From Candidatus Poribacteria bacterium (GTDB lineage Bacteria; Poribacteria; WGA-4E; PCPOR2b), in the NCBI GenBank assembly GCA_965215015.1, contig OZ244042.1, positions 3,104,001 to 3,168,000 of the forward strand: a DNA stretch of 64,000 bases, in the 5' to 3' direction. Below the pieces are notes generated by a model. The model was not told the origin of the DNA and searched no databases. It saw nothing but the letters and a program-made list of their open reading frames with translations. The translations under genes were made by a program, and so were the position numbers. Positions within the stretch are counted from its first letter, which is position 1; each line of letters starts with the position of its first letter. This document shows positions 37,277 to 47,417 of this stretch, piece after piece.

Positions 37277-39154
37277 TTACGAGTCCCCTCGTCGTGTAAC
37301 GATAAATCTACTCTGCCCAGAATCAAAGGATAGCTGCGCGTACGTCTTTCTATCTGCGTGCCAATGGTCCCGAGCACATTGTTCACCGTTTGTCGGATCC
37401 CATTCTTCAACGGTCGATTCCCATTGAATCTCAATCAGCGTCTCAATCGGATGTTCGCCGCGATTGAACAGATAGAACAGATCCAGATCCGCAGATTCGC
37501 GGTGTTGAACGACGATTGCACGCGTTAGCGTATTATCGGGTTTAGCATAAATCTGTATCGGTCGCTTAAATTGTTTCCGTAATAGCCGCTCAAGGGCTGC
37601 GACTTTTTCGTTCGCCGTTCCCCGTAGGATGGAGGTACGCCATCGATAAAGTAGTCGTTCAAGTGGGTAGGGGTCCAAGCCAATCCGACCGTTAAGCAGG
37701 TCGGGAACCGGATCTATGGCGATAAACCCTCCCCGCGCTTTGACAAATTGAGTCAGTACCTTCACCGTTTTCTCCTGAAGCACTAAACAGGGGGGAAGCA
37801 AAATCAATGAATAATATCCCCCGTTAAGGTGCAATGCACGAGCGGTTTTATCTACCTCTGCTGTAACAACTGTTGCTTCGGAGGTGATATCAAAATCATA
37901 CCCAAGCTGCCATACCGTCTGACAGAGCCAACCCCATTCTTTCACTAACCAATTCCACCTCTTTGGATCGGGTTTCGTCCATAGACTGTGAATCGGAGAG
38001 AGGATAAGAACGGATCTTTTCGGAACACCGATTGATAGAAATTGACTAAAGTAATGTGCTTTATTATCTCCTGAGGCCAACCAATTGTTGCTATGAACCT
38101 CGCCTCCCTTCCGGGAGTCTTCGACACGCATCCACGAATTGAATCCCAAAGCACTATCAGCAACGAATTGATTTGAGTGCGCTTCAGATCGGCATAAGCT
38201 GATTTGCCCTGAACCTATTTCGTTTTGATTACGTTCGGATTCCAAAGAACTCCATTCCGAGAGTCTCCGACTAGCAATCTGCTTTGCAATTAAGAACTGC
38301 TTGGGTTTATCGAGCTTATTGGCGTTGAGGATGGGACGGTCTGCGGCTTTCAGAATTGTCCCGATATCGACCGCTAACGCTTTTGCTGTTGAAGGGAAGT
38401 TGACAGCGAATTGCAGATTCCATTGGTGTGAAAATTCCCGCAGTCCTCTGACACACACCTGTGCAAACTGTTGGATCAGTTGTTCCCAAAGGAGGCTGCG
38501 GATTGTCGCTGAGTCGTAGGTTTCGTAATGAATTAACGGCAGGTGAGCTAACAGTTCTGGGTCCAAAATTTTCTCAAACGCATCGCTCCAAGGAATCGAG
38601 GTCGGTGGCCCATTGAGAGGAGAGAGAAACGTCGGAAATTCACAGCAGAACCCCACAATCGGTGATTCTATCAAATTGTCAAATTCGTGGATATACCTCT
38701 CCAAAACTTGGTGAGCAAGTGCATTGACACCCTGCGGACTTAATAGGTCGTATCCGTGTGTTTCTGTTTGGTACAGCCGAAAAATTGTTCGTCCTTTCAG
38801 TCGGTCTGCAACAGAAAGATCGCCATCCAAACAACGCTGGATGTAATCGGTTATATCGTAGCAGGGTGCGTCTGCGTTTGTTTGTGCAAGGAGGTAAATG
38901 CGGTCAGGTGTTTGGGAGATGTGTACCCACTTGCGGAGGCGGTTTTGAATGGCTTCTTCCTTCTCGGTTTGATGGAACGTATGTTCAACAAAATTGAGCC
39001 AGAAGCGGGTTCCAGGCGTTACGGTATCCAGCAAAAGCCAAGCGGCTATGTTCTTATGCTTCAACTGCTGGAGCTGTACGCGATGGGCATCAATCTCTTT
39101 TCGGGTGGCGAGGCGAGGGCATGGGAGTAATACTTCTCCCCGATTTCTAAACAT
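37277..39154 (-). CDS. Divergent glycoside hydrolase-like protein with glutamine amidotransferase-like middle domain
   Basis: 'DLLSPQGV..LERY', 'SIPWS', 'GYDFD' and 'FLFNR..EEWDPTNG' resemble GH106/GH2-like proteins. Confidence 0.5.
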   Translation of the reverse strand: MFRNRGEVLLPCPRLATRKEIDAHRVQLQQLKHKNIAAWLLLDTVTPGTRFWLNFVEHTFHQTEKEEAIQNRLRKWVHISQTPDRIYLLAQTNADAPCYDITDYIQRCLDGDLSVADRLKGRTIFRLYQTETHGYDLLSPQGVNALAHQVLERYIHEFDNLIESPIVGFCCEFPTFLSPLNGPPTSIPWSDAFEKILDPELLAHLPLIHYETYDSATIRSLLWEQLIQQFAQVCVRGLREFSHQWNLQFAVNFPSTAKALAVDIGTILKAADRPILNANKLDKPKQFLIAKQIASRRLSEWSSLESERNQNEIGSGQISLCRSEAHSNQFVADSALGFNSWMRVEDSRKGGEVHSNNWLASGDNKAHYFSQFLSIGVPKRSVLILSPIHSLWTKPDPKRWNWLVKEWGWLCQTVWQLGYDFDITSEATVVTAEVDKTARALHLNGGYYSLILLPPCLVLQEKTVKVLTQFVKARGGFIAIDPVPDLLNGRIGLDPYPLERLLYRWRTSILRGTANEKVAALERLLRKQFKRPIQIYAKPDNTLTRAIVVQHRESADLDLFYLFNRGEHPIETLIEIQWESTVEEWDPTNGEQCARDHWHADRKTYAQLSFDSGQSRFIVTRRGDS

Positions 39155-39449
39155 TGAAAATGGTTTCCCGTCTGAACGAATAAGGCTATCACTATTCCAT
39201 AATTGGAGACTATTCTATCAAACGAGGCTTAACCCGGCAATAAAAAAGCAGAGGCCATTTCTCCTCCGTACAGAGAGTTTTCAACTTGACAGCTCAGGGT
39301 TAAATCAGATAAGCTAACTTGAAATCTTTAATCGAAGGGCTTTCTTTTTAACGGCTGGTTGCAACTTCGGTTAACCTGGGTTTCTCAATGAACCTGGCGT
39401 GTAGCGAATATATTGGGTATTTTTAGGGCAAGAATCCGTGCCACCCGCT

Positions 39450-39496
39450 TCATCTGTTTAATCCGTGATTCAGACAATTATTATGAGCACCCCTCG
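39450..39496. mobile_element. MITE family C end fragment
   Basis: ATTCAGACAATTATTATGAGCACCCCTC is the reverse complement of the left end of 16725. Confidence 0.7.
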
Positions 39497-39732
39497 ATTA
39501 AACTATGGGAGGGTAGCGACCATGATTTTGTTGGTGCCCATCTTTCAAATGAGATATTCTTTCCGCAATATCCCGACGTCACCTATGTTGAATGGGGGCA
39601 GTACAAAAAAGTCGGATGGCACAATAGGTAAGCGTATTAGCGATGTCATAGCGCCCGATGAAAAGATTGTGGGGTAGATATTAATGAATTCTTATCGAAA
39701 TAGTCAAATTGTGCTGAAATAATTCATGACCT

Positions 39733-39844
39733 TATAGTTCGGCGATTCATTACCACCACAGTAGGGAGGTAGCAGATCTATCCTCCTTATAGGGGAACGG
39801 GGATCCCCGTTCATTCCTGATGTCCGATGAATTAAGTAGCTATA
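39733..39844. mobile_element. Possible small MITE with TATAG ends
   Basis: TATAGTTCGGCGATTCAT...ATGAATTAAGTAGCTATA with internal hairpin GAACGGGGATCCCCGTTC. Confidence 0.4.
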
Positions 39845-39905
39845 ATCTTAAGTGCCTAAACCCTAATAAACTGTTCCCTTACCACTACAAATATTTCAAT
39901 ACGGA

Positions 39906-40138
39906 TAGGACAACCCTCGAAGCCTTGTAGTTCCACGATTCATCACGGGTGCCGGTGTTTCTCAGCCTCCGATGAATCGGGGGGCGGCAGTTCCTCCGAC
40001 AGGAGTATCCACGCTCCGCCGCACCATCCTCCCGCTTTCGAGGGATTAGAGGAGGGGATAGCATACAGTCGGGCGATTTATGGTCTATCGTGAGGCGGGT
40101 TGAACGGCGTTACGACAAACTCAAGCGCGTAACTCCTA
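39906..40138. mobile_element. Divergent MITE family A copy
   Basis: TAGGAC...GCGTAACTCCTA flanked by ACGGA on both sides. The right end matches 22878-22921. Confidence 0.65.
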
Positions 40139-40183
40139 ACGGAATCTTTAAAATGTCAACTAAAAATCAAAAAAGGAAATCAA

Positions 40184-41422
40184 ATGAAACTGTTAGAAGG
40201 GGTAATCACAGCATTCTCAATTTTACTGTCAAACAAGTTGAGGTCATTTTTGACAATGCTAGGCATCGTAATTGGCATTGCGGGTGTCATTGCGATGATG
40301 TCTTTCGGGGCGGGGGCGAAAAAACTCTTGATGTGGGAGGTCGAAAAGGTCGGCGGGCCGAGCATGTTCGGGGTATATCGCCGCGAATGGATTCGTAAGA
40401 ATGCGAAGTGGATGCGAAATCCAAGCAAACACTACCTGAAGATGGAGGATGTGCGTGCGATACAAACCGAGTGTCCTTCCGTGGATGTGGCAACCCCGGA
40501 AGCTGGGGGTAGTGCGACCATTTCGGTTGGAGGGAAACGTAAGTTCTCTAGGATGCAAGCCACCGCTCAAGAGTATCAGATTGCACGCAAGTGGTATAGC
40601 GGATATGGCAGATTTTTGTCTGATGATGATCTCAGTCTCTGGAGCAAGGTCTGTGTAATTGGTGAGGAAATCTGGAAGGATCTGTTTGCGGAACTTGACC
40701 CAATCGGGAGAGAGATAAAAATTAACAATCAACGGTTTACCGTCGTAGGGGTGATGGAGTCAAGAGGCAAGGGGCTCGACACGGAGAATAGTGAGGACAA
40801 CCAAGTCTTTATTCCAATTACCACGGCGCAGACCCATTTTTGGGGGAATGATCGGGTAGGGCATATCCTAATCCGCGCAAAAGATCATCAATCTGTGGAT
40901 CAAGCGGTGGAGGAGGTCAAAACTGTCCTGAAGCGAAATCACAACGGCGAAGAGTTCTTTGAAACATGGGTGATGAAGGAGGAGTTAAAGTCTGCCAATC
41001 GCATTATCATGATTATTGAGCTCATCCTCGTCATTATTGCCTCTGTTTCTTTAGTTGTTGGCGGAATTGGCATCTTGAATATCATGCTTGTATCTGTCAC
41101 AGAGCGCATCCCTGAAATTGGCCTGCGTAAAGCCGTCGGTGCAAAGAGCCGGAATATACGCACACAGTTCCTCATCGAGTCCGTTATCCTGTGTCTCATC
41201 GGTAGTCTGATTGGCATCGCTCTGGGGGCAGCGTTAGGCAGCGGTTTTGCGTGGGCTGTCAGCAAGTTTATGCAGGACTTCATTGAGTGGCCCTCTGTCA
41301 TCACCGTTGAATCGGTGTTGACGGCTGTATGCGCGGGCGGAGGCGTTGGCATATTTTTTGGATACTACCCAGCAAGTCGTGCTGCGAAACTTACACCGAT
41401 TGAGGCGTTGAGACATACATAA
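40184..41422 (+). CDS. MacB-like ABC transporter permease
   Basis: 'NKLRSFLTMLGIVIG' and 'GGIGILNIMLVSVTER..EIGLRKAVGA'. Confidence 0.93.
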   Translation: MKLLEGVITAFSILLSNKLRSFLTMLGIVIGIAGVIAMMSFGAGAKKLLMWEVEKVGGPSMFGVYRREWIRKNAKWMRNPSKHYLKMEDVRAIQTECPSVDVATPEAGGSATISVGGKRKFSRMQATAQEYQIARKWYSGYGRFLSDDDLSLWSKVCVIGEEIWKDLFAELDPIGREIKINNQRFTVVGVMESRGKGLDTENSEDNQVFIPITTAQTHFWGNDRVGHILIRAKDHQSVDQAVEEVKTVLKRNHNGEEFFETWVMKEELKSANRIIMIIELILVIIASVSLVVGGIGILNIMLVSVTERIPEIGLRKAVGAKSRNIRTQFLIESVILCLIGSLIGIALGAALGSGFAWAVSKFMQDFIEWPSVITVESVLTAVCAGGGVGIFFGYYPASRAAKLTPIEALRHT

Positions 41423-41453
41423 TATGTGAGACATACATAATATGTGAGACATA
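41409..41453. repeat. 18-bp tandem repeat x2.5 spanning the permease stop codon
   Basis: TGAGACATACATAATATG twice, then TGAGACATA. Confidence 0.9.
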
Positions 41454-41480
41454 AGGTGTTACAGGCAAATGCTGACGGTA

Positions 41481-41876
41481 TTAGGTAAGACTCAAGCACA
41501 AAACGCTAAGAAGGTGAAACTTGAAAACCATTGGTTCACTAGTACATTGGTACATTAATGAACCCGTTGAACTTCCCTGACAGCATTTTTTCGGTGCCGA
41601 GGCCGAAAGCACTTCGATGACCAAATCTGGCGCCATTTCAAGGATCTGTAGTTCTTCAATTGCATCAAGACCGGTGCAAACAGCACTACGCCAAGATCTT
41701 TTGCTTGTACATAAGTTAAATGCCATAACCATGTTCAAAGCTATTCTTTGATGAGCGGAAATTGGGGCAAGGGATGGCATAAATTTTCCATCAATGATTT
41801 CATACGGATGGTTGATTTCAGGCATCAGCAGGTAGTCTTCAAAAGAGATTTTCTTTTTCGCGACTTCGGTTGTAAT
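41481..41876 (-). pseudogene. Uma2 (DUF820) family endonuclease remnant
   Basis: 'ISFEDYLLMPE..YEIIDG..AP..HQRI' and 'APDLVIEVLS'. Expected start reads ATT after an AAGGAG RBS; the C-terminal part is lost. Confidence 0.75.
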
Positions 41877-41917
41877 TAAGTCCCTGAGCTCCTTTTCCTA
41901 TCTTACAAGCTGGTCTG

Positions 41918-43021
41918 TTACAGGCTAAATGGCACTAGCGACATTGATGGATTCCCCGTTGTAATCGATTCACAGATTAGTTCCCCCGTGATCGGTGCAA
42001 GTAGAATGCCGTTTTTGAAGTGTCCGGCGGCAACAAACACATTGTCAAAGCCGGGCAGTGCTCCAATATATGGCCCCCCCTTCGCGTAGGGACGCAGCCC
42101 TGCCCATGTCTGTACAAAGGATTTCTCTGCAAGAGTTGGCATTAACCCTATACCGGCTTCAATCATTTGTCGTGTGCCTTCCAATGTTGTCCGTTTGTCA
42201 TAGCCAACAAATTCAACGGTGGCTCCAATCAGAATCTTCCCATCAGACCGGGGCACAAGATAAACACCGAGCCCGTCAATGACGTGCCGCAGGATTGGGG
42301 GCATGGCTTCGGCTAATACCATCTGTCCACGCGCTGGTTCCATCGGCAGCGCACCGCCGAGTTGGGCAGCTACTACCCCTGACCAACACCCCGATGCGAT
42401 TACAAATGTGTCCCCGTAAATGCGCTCGCCGTTAATTCCGACTCCAATCACCCGTTCTCCTTCTCGTAAAAACGCAGTCACAGGATTACCGAACAGAAAC
42501 TCCGTTCTCAACAGTGCCGCTCCTTTTGCCAATGCTCGCACCAGTTTGGGGTTTCTGACCTGTGCATCTTGTGGGAAGCGCACTCCTCCGACAATCGATC
42601 TCGCAATTGCAGGCTCTAATTCCCAGACCTCCTCAGGTGTCAGCACCTCCGCAGAAAACCCTCGATCCAACCGTCGTGAAGCCAACCCTGTCAACCCTCG
42701 CTTTTCCTCATCGGTGAAGAACACGGAGATTGAGCCGGACCGAATAAACTCAATATCGATTTGCGTCTCCGCCTGTAACGTCCCTGCCAACTCCGGATAC
42801 AGCACCAAGCTCGCACGACAGAGCTCGGCATAAGGCTCGCGCGTTGATGCGTGAGATGCCAAGATACCCGCACCCGCCCACGACGCTTCGCGCCCAACAC
42901 TGTCTGCTTTATCAATAACTAGTGTCTTTACCTGTGCCTTGGCGAGATAATAAGCGATCGCACAACCGATTACGCCACCGCCGATAACAATCACATCTGC
43001 GTGGAGAGATTTTTTAGTCAT
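41918..43021 (-). CDS. thiO: Glycine oxidase ThiO
   Basis: 'IGGGVIG', 'ASWAGAGIL', 'YLVPRSDG', 'WAGLRP' and 'GHFKNGILLAP'. Confidence 0.85.
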   Translation of the reverse strand: MTKKSLHADVIVIGGGVIGCAIAYYLAKAQVKTLVIDKADSVGREASWAGAGILASHASTREPYAELCRASLVLYPELAGTLQAETQIDIEFIRSGSISVFFTDEEKRGLTGLASRRLDRGFSAEVLTPEEVWELEPAIARSIVGGVRFPQDAQVRNPKLVRALAKGAALLRTEFLFGNPVTAFLREGERVIGVGINGERIYGDTFVIASGCWSGVVAAQLGGALPMEPARGQMVLAEAMPPILRHVIDGLGVYLVPRSDGKILIGATVEFVGYDKRTTLEGTRQMIEAGIGLMPTLAEKSFVQTWAGLRPYAKGGPYIGALPGFDNVFVAAGHFKNGILLAPITGELICESITTGNPSMSLVPFSL

Positions 43022-43091
43022 GACCTCATTCAATTACATAAGAATTTCTAAGAAAAAATATAAAATTATAGTGACTATGTCTTCACCTTCG

Positions 43092-43120
43092 ATTATAATA
43101 GGCTGACGATTGAATGTCAA
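43092..43120 (-). promoter_or_regulatory. Perfect consensus sigma70 promoter for thiO
   Basis: Minus strand reads TTGACA-17 nt-TATAAT. Confidence 0.8.
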
Positions 43121-43205
43121 GAACTAAAAAAACACGGCATACCACCAACCTTGCGAAGGTCGGAGAACTCCATCTCTGTAACGGGTACAAGAAGGCATAT
43201 CAGCC

Positions 43206-44663
43206 ATGAGAAAACATAGAACAATCTATTTCAATGATGCACGTCATTACTATCTATTCGTTTTTGAGCCGCCAATACGGTTGGAAGAGGCATGGTCCGC
43301 CGTGGACGAGGTCGCTGGCACAAGCTGCGACACCTTTATCTACGGGGTGTCACGCGCTGATGGGCTATTCTACCCCTCCAAAGTCGGTATGCAGTTTGGG
43401 GAGGACATCCGCCCCTTTGACAGTGCCCCTTACTGGCGCATTTGGGAAAATATGCAAAGCCTGATAAACCGAGGCATCGATCCGCTGACACTCCTCATTG
43501 ACCGGGCGCACGAGAAAGGGATGGACTTTTTCGCCAGTCTACGGATGGGAGGCTACGGCGGTATGAACCCGCAGCACGCCCTGCCAAACGGCGGCCGGGG
43601 ATTCGTCCATCCCGAAGTCCGTGCCCATCAATTTGCTGTGCTAGAAGAGCTCGCCACGCAATATCCTGTAGAGGGTGTGGAGTTAGATTTCGCTGCGGCT
43701 CCGGGCGGAAGTCCATTCTGGTTTACACCCGAAGATGTACCGGAGTATACTCCGATTATGACCGATTTTGTCCGGAGTGTTGCTGAGATGGTACGAAATC
43801 GACCAAGGGGCCCCGGGCAAATTGGCGCGCGGATATATCCTACCTTAGAGCTGAATCAGAAAACCGGGTTGGATGTACAGACTTGGCTCCGAGAGGGATT
43901 GGTTGATTTTGTAGTCCCGATGGTGTATGCGTTTTTTGTGCTTGACGCTAACATGCCGATTGATTGGTTGGTGCAGGAAGCGCACGAAAACGACATTTCG
44001 GTATACGCTATGCTGCAACCCTACTACAGCGAAGAGAATCGTCGATTCTATTCAGTAGAAGATGCAACACCTGCTATGATGCGGGCCGCCGCCGCTAATT
44101 TTTGGGAACGCGGGGTTGATGGACTCTATACTTGGTTTCTACCCTGGCCCTTGGGCGATGCAGAACGCCGTACTCTCACAGAGTTGGGCGATCCGGAATT
44201 GATTAAAGAAGGCGATAAACACTACTTTTTGCGCCGACGTTCTGAGGCGACAAGTGGGCACGATTATGAAGCTTTTCTGCCAGTGGAAATCCCATCGGCG
44301 GATACGGCGGCATGTTATCCGGTCCCTTTTTCCATCGCCGACGATACTCAAAATGACCGGATACAGGGGATTCGACTCCGACTTGGTGTGACCAACCTAG
44401 TGACCACAGATACATTTGAGGTAATGTTGAATGGACAATCGTTGGCAGAAGAGGGGTGCCTACGCACCATTATCAGATCGCGTGACCCGTACGCCGGGCA
44501 GTGGTTGGAATTTCATCTAGAGCGTGTACGTCCACAGAAAGGGGAAAATGTGTTGGAGGTTGCACTGAAGGAACGCCCGGCCGGGTTTGTGGGTGGAGTC
44601 ACCGTTGAGGATGTGGAAATTCTCGTTGAATACGGTCCCTATCCAGCGGGATTGCATGATTGA
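43206..44663 (+). CDS. Glycosyl hydrolase-like (GHL10/DUF187-like TIM barrel) protein
   Basis: 'LIDRAHEKGMDFFASLRM', 'HPEVR..LEELATQYPVEGVELDF' and a C-terminal beta domain. Confidence 0.65.
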   Translation: MRKHRTIYFNDARHYYLFVFEPPIRLEEAWSAVDEVAGTSCDTFIYGVSRADGLFYPSKVGMQFGEDIRPFDSAPYWRIWENMQSLINRGIDPLTLLIDRAHEKGMDFFASLRMGGYGGMNPQHALPNGGRGFVHPEVRAHQFAVLEELATQYPVEGVELDFAAAPGGSPFWFTPEDVPEYTPIMTDFVRSVAEMVRNRPRGPGQIGARIYPTLELNQKTGLDVQTWLREGLVDFVVPMVYAFFVLDANMPIDWLVQEAHENDISVYAMLQPYYSEENRRFYSVEDATPAMMRAAAANFWERGVDGLYTWFLPWPLGDAERRTLTELGDPELIKEGDKHYFLRRRSEATSGHDYEAFLPVEIPSADTAACYPVPFSIADDTQNDRIQGIRLRLGVTNLVTTDTFEVMLNGQSLAEEGCLRTIIRSRDPYAGQWLEFHLERVRPQKGENVLEVALKERPAGFVGGVTVEDVEILVEYGPYPAGLHD

Positions 44664-44721
44664 CTCCAATGCTGCGGTGAATCTTTGAAGATTTAATGCC
44701 CTAAATTCACTAATGCAAGTC

Positions 44722-44750
44722 TTGACTTTATTTTCGCAGCATGATAAAAT
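44722..44750 (+). promoter_or_regulatory. Sigma70 promoter with extended -10
   Basis: TTGACT-17 nt-TAAAAT, with TGn immediately before the -10 box. Confidence 0.7.
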
Positions 44751-44785
44751 GACTTTGCAATCTTAGAAATCAGGAGGGATACAAT

Positions 44786-45466
44786 TTGCAACAACAGACA
44801 CGAGGTACAATTGGACAACAGATTGAACTCCCATTCATGGAATCCGTGAGAATCAGTTTTCAGAGCTTGATGATTCGTTTCGGCCGATCTGTCATTACAA
44901 CTGCAGGTATTACCTTGGGAATCGCATTTCTGGTGTCGGTTTTGGTAAACAACGAGGTGAATGTAGCAATGAAAGAAAGCGGCTCGAGACAGGAGATCAC
45001 CACCTTTGAAGAAGAGGAAACAACAGGGATTTCCATGAAGGATAAATGGTTGATTATCATGTCTTTAATTGTCTGCGTTGTAGGCATCGCTAATTCCATG
45101 CTAATGGCGGTTACGGAGCGTTTTCAAGAAATCGGCACGATGAAATGTCTCGGTGCCTTGGATCGTTTCGTCGTGCGCCTATTCCTTTTAGAGTCTGGAT
45201 TTCAAGGGCTCGCGGGTGCCCTCATCGGAGCACTCATCGGTTGCCTTGGATCATTGCTCTTGGGACTCAAGGATTACGGTTTAGATCTATTCTTTTATTT
45301 TCCCCTGCTGCCGGTGCTGAACGCGCAGCCTACTAGATTCGGGGTGTTATTGATTATTCTTGCTGGTTGTGTGCTCGGCATGATTCTGTCCGTTATTGGC
45401 GCGGCGTTTCCAGCGTGGCGCGCTGCAAAGCTACCCCCAGCGGAAGCGATGCGGACTGAAGTTTAG
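44786..45466 (+). CDS. Short FtsX-like ABC permease
   Basis: 'GIANSMLMAVTERFQEIGTMKCLGA' and 'PAWRAAKLPPAEAMR'. TTG start with AGGAGG RBS. Confidence 0.88.
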   Translation: MQQQTRGTIGQQIELPFMESVRISFQSLMIRFGRSVITTAGITLGIAFLVSVLVNNEVNVAMKESGSRQEITTFEEEETTGISMKDKWLIIMSLIVCVVGIANSMLMAVTERFQEIGTMKCLGALDRFVVRLFLLESGFQGLAGALIGALIGCLGSLLLGLKDYGLDLFFYFPLLPVLNAQPTRFGVLLIILAGCVLGMILSVIGAAFPAWRAAKLPPAEAMRTEV

Positions 45467-45477
45467 GAGGAGCGCGA

Positions 45478-46206
45478 ATGGCAGACGTTGTTGTTAGAAC
45501 TGAAAAGGTTGTTAAGGAATACCGTATGGGCACCAACGTGCTCAGAGCACTTGACGGGATTGATTTGGAAATCTACACCGGAGAGTATATCTCATTGATG
45601 GGGCCGTCCGGTTCAGGGAAATCAACCCTCTTTAATATGATTGGTGCCCTAGATCTTCCGACCGCAGGTAAAGTTTTCATTGATGGTCAGGATATGGGGC
45701 AGCTCAGCCAATCCCAAATCGCATGGTTCCGTTGTCACAGGGTCGGTTATATCTTCCAAAGCTACAATCTGCTACACGTCATGACAGCACTCGAAAACGT
45801 AACCCTGCCGATGATTTTCGCGGGTTTATCAACAAGCGAGCGTCGCGATAAAGGCGAAGAACTACTGGATCGAGTTGGATTAGGGGAGCGAATTCACCAT
45901 AGACCTGATGAGTTATCTGGTGGACAGCGACAGCGTGTCGCAATTGCGCGCGCGTTCGCAAATGGTCCAAGCATTATTTTGGCGGATGAACCGACGGCGA
46001 ACCTCGACACGGTCATCGGGCGTGAAATTATTGATTTAATTAAGCAACTTAATATCGATCAGGGCGTAACCGTAATTTCAGCAACCCACGACTTAAAGAT
46101 GCTCGATGTTTCAGACCGGATTGTTGATATCCGCGACGGATTGGTTGAACGGATTCGAGATCGGGATGAAATTGAGATTCAGGTTGGTGAAGTCGGAGGG
46201 CACTAG
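45478..46206 (+). CDS. ABC transporter ATP-binding protein (LolD/MacB-type)
   Basis: [13 protein letters not shown] and 'ILADEPT'. Confidence 0.95.
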   Translation: MADVVVRTEKVVKEYRMGTNVLRALDGIDLEIYTGEYISLMGPSGSGKSTLFNMIGALDLPTAGKVFIDGQDMGQLSQSQIAWFRCHRVGYIFQSYNLLHVMTALENVTLPMIFAGLSTSERRDKGEELLDRVGLGERIHHRPDELSGGQRQRVAIARAFANGPSIILADEPTANLDTVIGREIIDLIKQLNIDQGVTVISATHDLKMLDVSDRIVDIRDGLVERIRDRDEIEIQVGEVGGH

Positions 46207-46211
46207 GCGCA

Positions 46212-47195
46212 ATGCGTTTTCAAGAACTTGATATTTCGCAATTGCCCCGTGATTCTAAAGCGTCCGCATGGCTACAAGTTAGCCCACGGGCAGATGGGGG
46301 CGACTGGCGTTTGCCATTTCTTTACGTGATAGGCGCAACCCCGGGGCCTACCTTGCTTGTCCTCGGAGCGGTGCACGGCGACGAATACGAAGGCGTTGAG
46401 ACCATCTCCGAAGTTTTCCGGCGCGTAGTGCCTGATGCGCTACGTGGTGCATTACTGATGGTGCCGATTTGCAATGTACCTGCTTATGAATCTGTCCTCC
46501 GTAATAGCCCTATTGATGGATTGAATCTGGCCCGTGTTTTCCCCGGCGATCCTAACGGTACTATCACGCAGCGAATTGCTCACTGGATTACTCAGAAACT
46601 GATTAAACCCGCCGACTTCGTTATTGACCTGCACAGTGGAGGCGTAACGGCTGAAATCCCATCACTCATTGGCTTCACCCATAGTGACGATGAACTTGGC
46701 AGACGCTCACGCGCTGGTGCGCTAGCATTTGGAGCATCGGTAATCTGGGAACATCCACCCCCAATGCCCCCGGGTCGGACCTTGTCAGCCGCTACAGATC
46801 TCGGTGTGCCGGCAATCTATACCGAAGCTGGCGGCGGCGGCTATGCTCACCCGTCGGATGTTGATTGCTTTACCACCGGTGTCATTAACTTAATGAAGCA
46901 TCTCAACATGTTGGACGGTCAACCCCAGACTCAACCCATAACACATCATCTGTCAGGAGATGGAAATTTGGACAGCGTCATTTCGACGCCCGTCGCCGGC
47001 TATTTCCGATCCGACGTAACCCTGTTGGACGAAGTTAGTCCCGGTCAGCGTTTGGGCACTGTTCGCAATCCCTTCGGTGAAGTCGTGGCGGAAATCACGA
47101 CCGAGAGTGCTGGGGTTGTCATTATGTTGCGACGCATTCATCGCGTCCATGTCGGCGATAATTTAGCTCATGTGACGGGACGTTTAGGCAACTAA
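46212..47195 (+). CDS. Succinylglutamate desuccinylase/aspartoacylase family
   Basis: 'HGDEYEG', 'NLARVFPG', 'IDLHSG' and a C-terminal lipoyl-like domain. Confidence 0.9.
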   Translation: MRFQELDISQLPRDSKASAWLQVSPRADGGDWRLPFLYVIGATPGPTLLVLGAVHGDEYEGVETISEVFRRVVPDALRGALLMVPICNVPAYESVLRNSPIDGLNLARVFPGDPNGTITQRIAHWITQKLIKPADFVIDLHSGGVTAEIPSLIGFTHSDDELGRRSRAGALAFGASVIWEHPPPMPPGRTLSAATDLGVPAIYTEAGGGGYAHPSDVDCFTTGVINLMKHLNMLDGQPQTQPITHHLSGDGNLDSVISTPVAGYFRSDVTLLDEVSPGQRLGTVRNPFGEVVAEITTESAGVVIMLRRIHRVHVGDNLAHVTGRLGN

Positions 47196-47417
47196 CTGTT
47201 CCTAAAGATTAATCATTGATAAAGCGGCTTTTGTCGAGAAATCTTCCTACCTTAAATTTCTGCTACTGTTTTCCCGATAGCTTGGAATTTCGGTACGCTC
47301 AACTTATCAAACCTCGACGAAATAACTGCTGCACAACAACATCGAAACAGAACTTTACTCAAGGCTCGGGATTCTCCGATATATTCACTCACAAATCTCT
47401 AAACACTGGGAATAAAA

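Noticed and set aside
41409-41453. Tandem repeat as a possible mini-CRISPR
   Set aside because: The units are contiguous with no spacers, and there are no cas genes.
43034-43205. TPP riboswitch upstream of thiO
   Set aside because: No CTGAGA/ACCTG core is visible, and the promoter lies only about 70 nt from the start.
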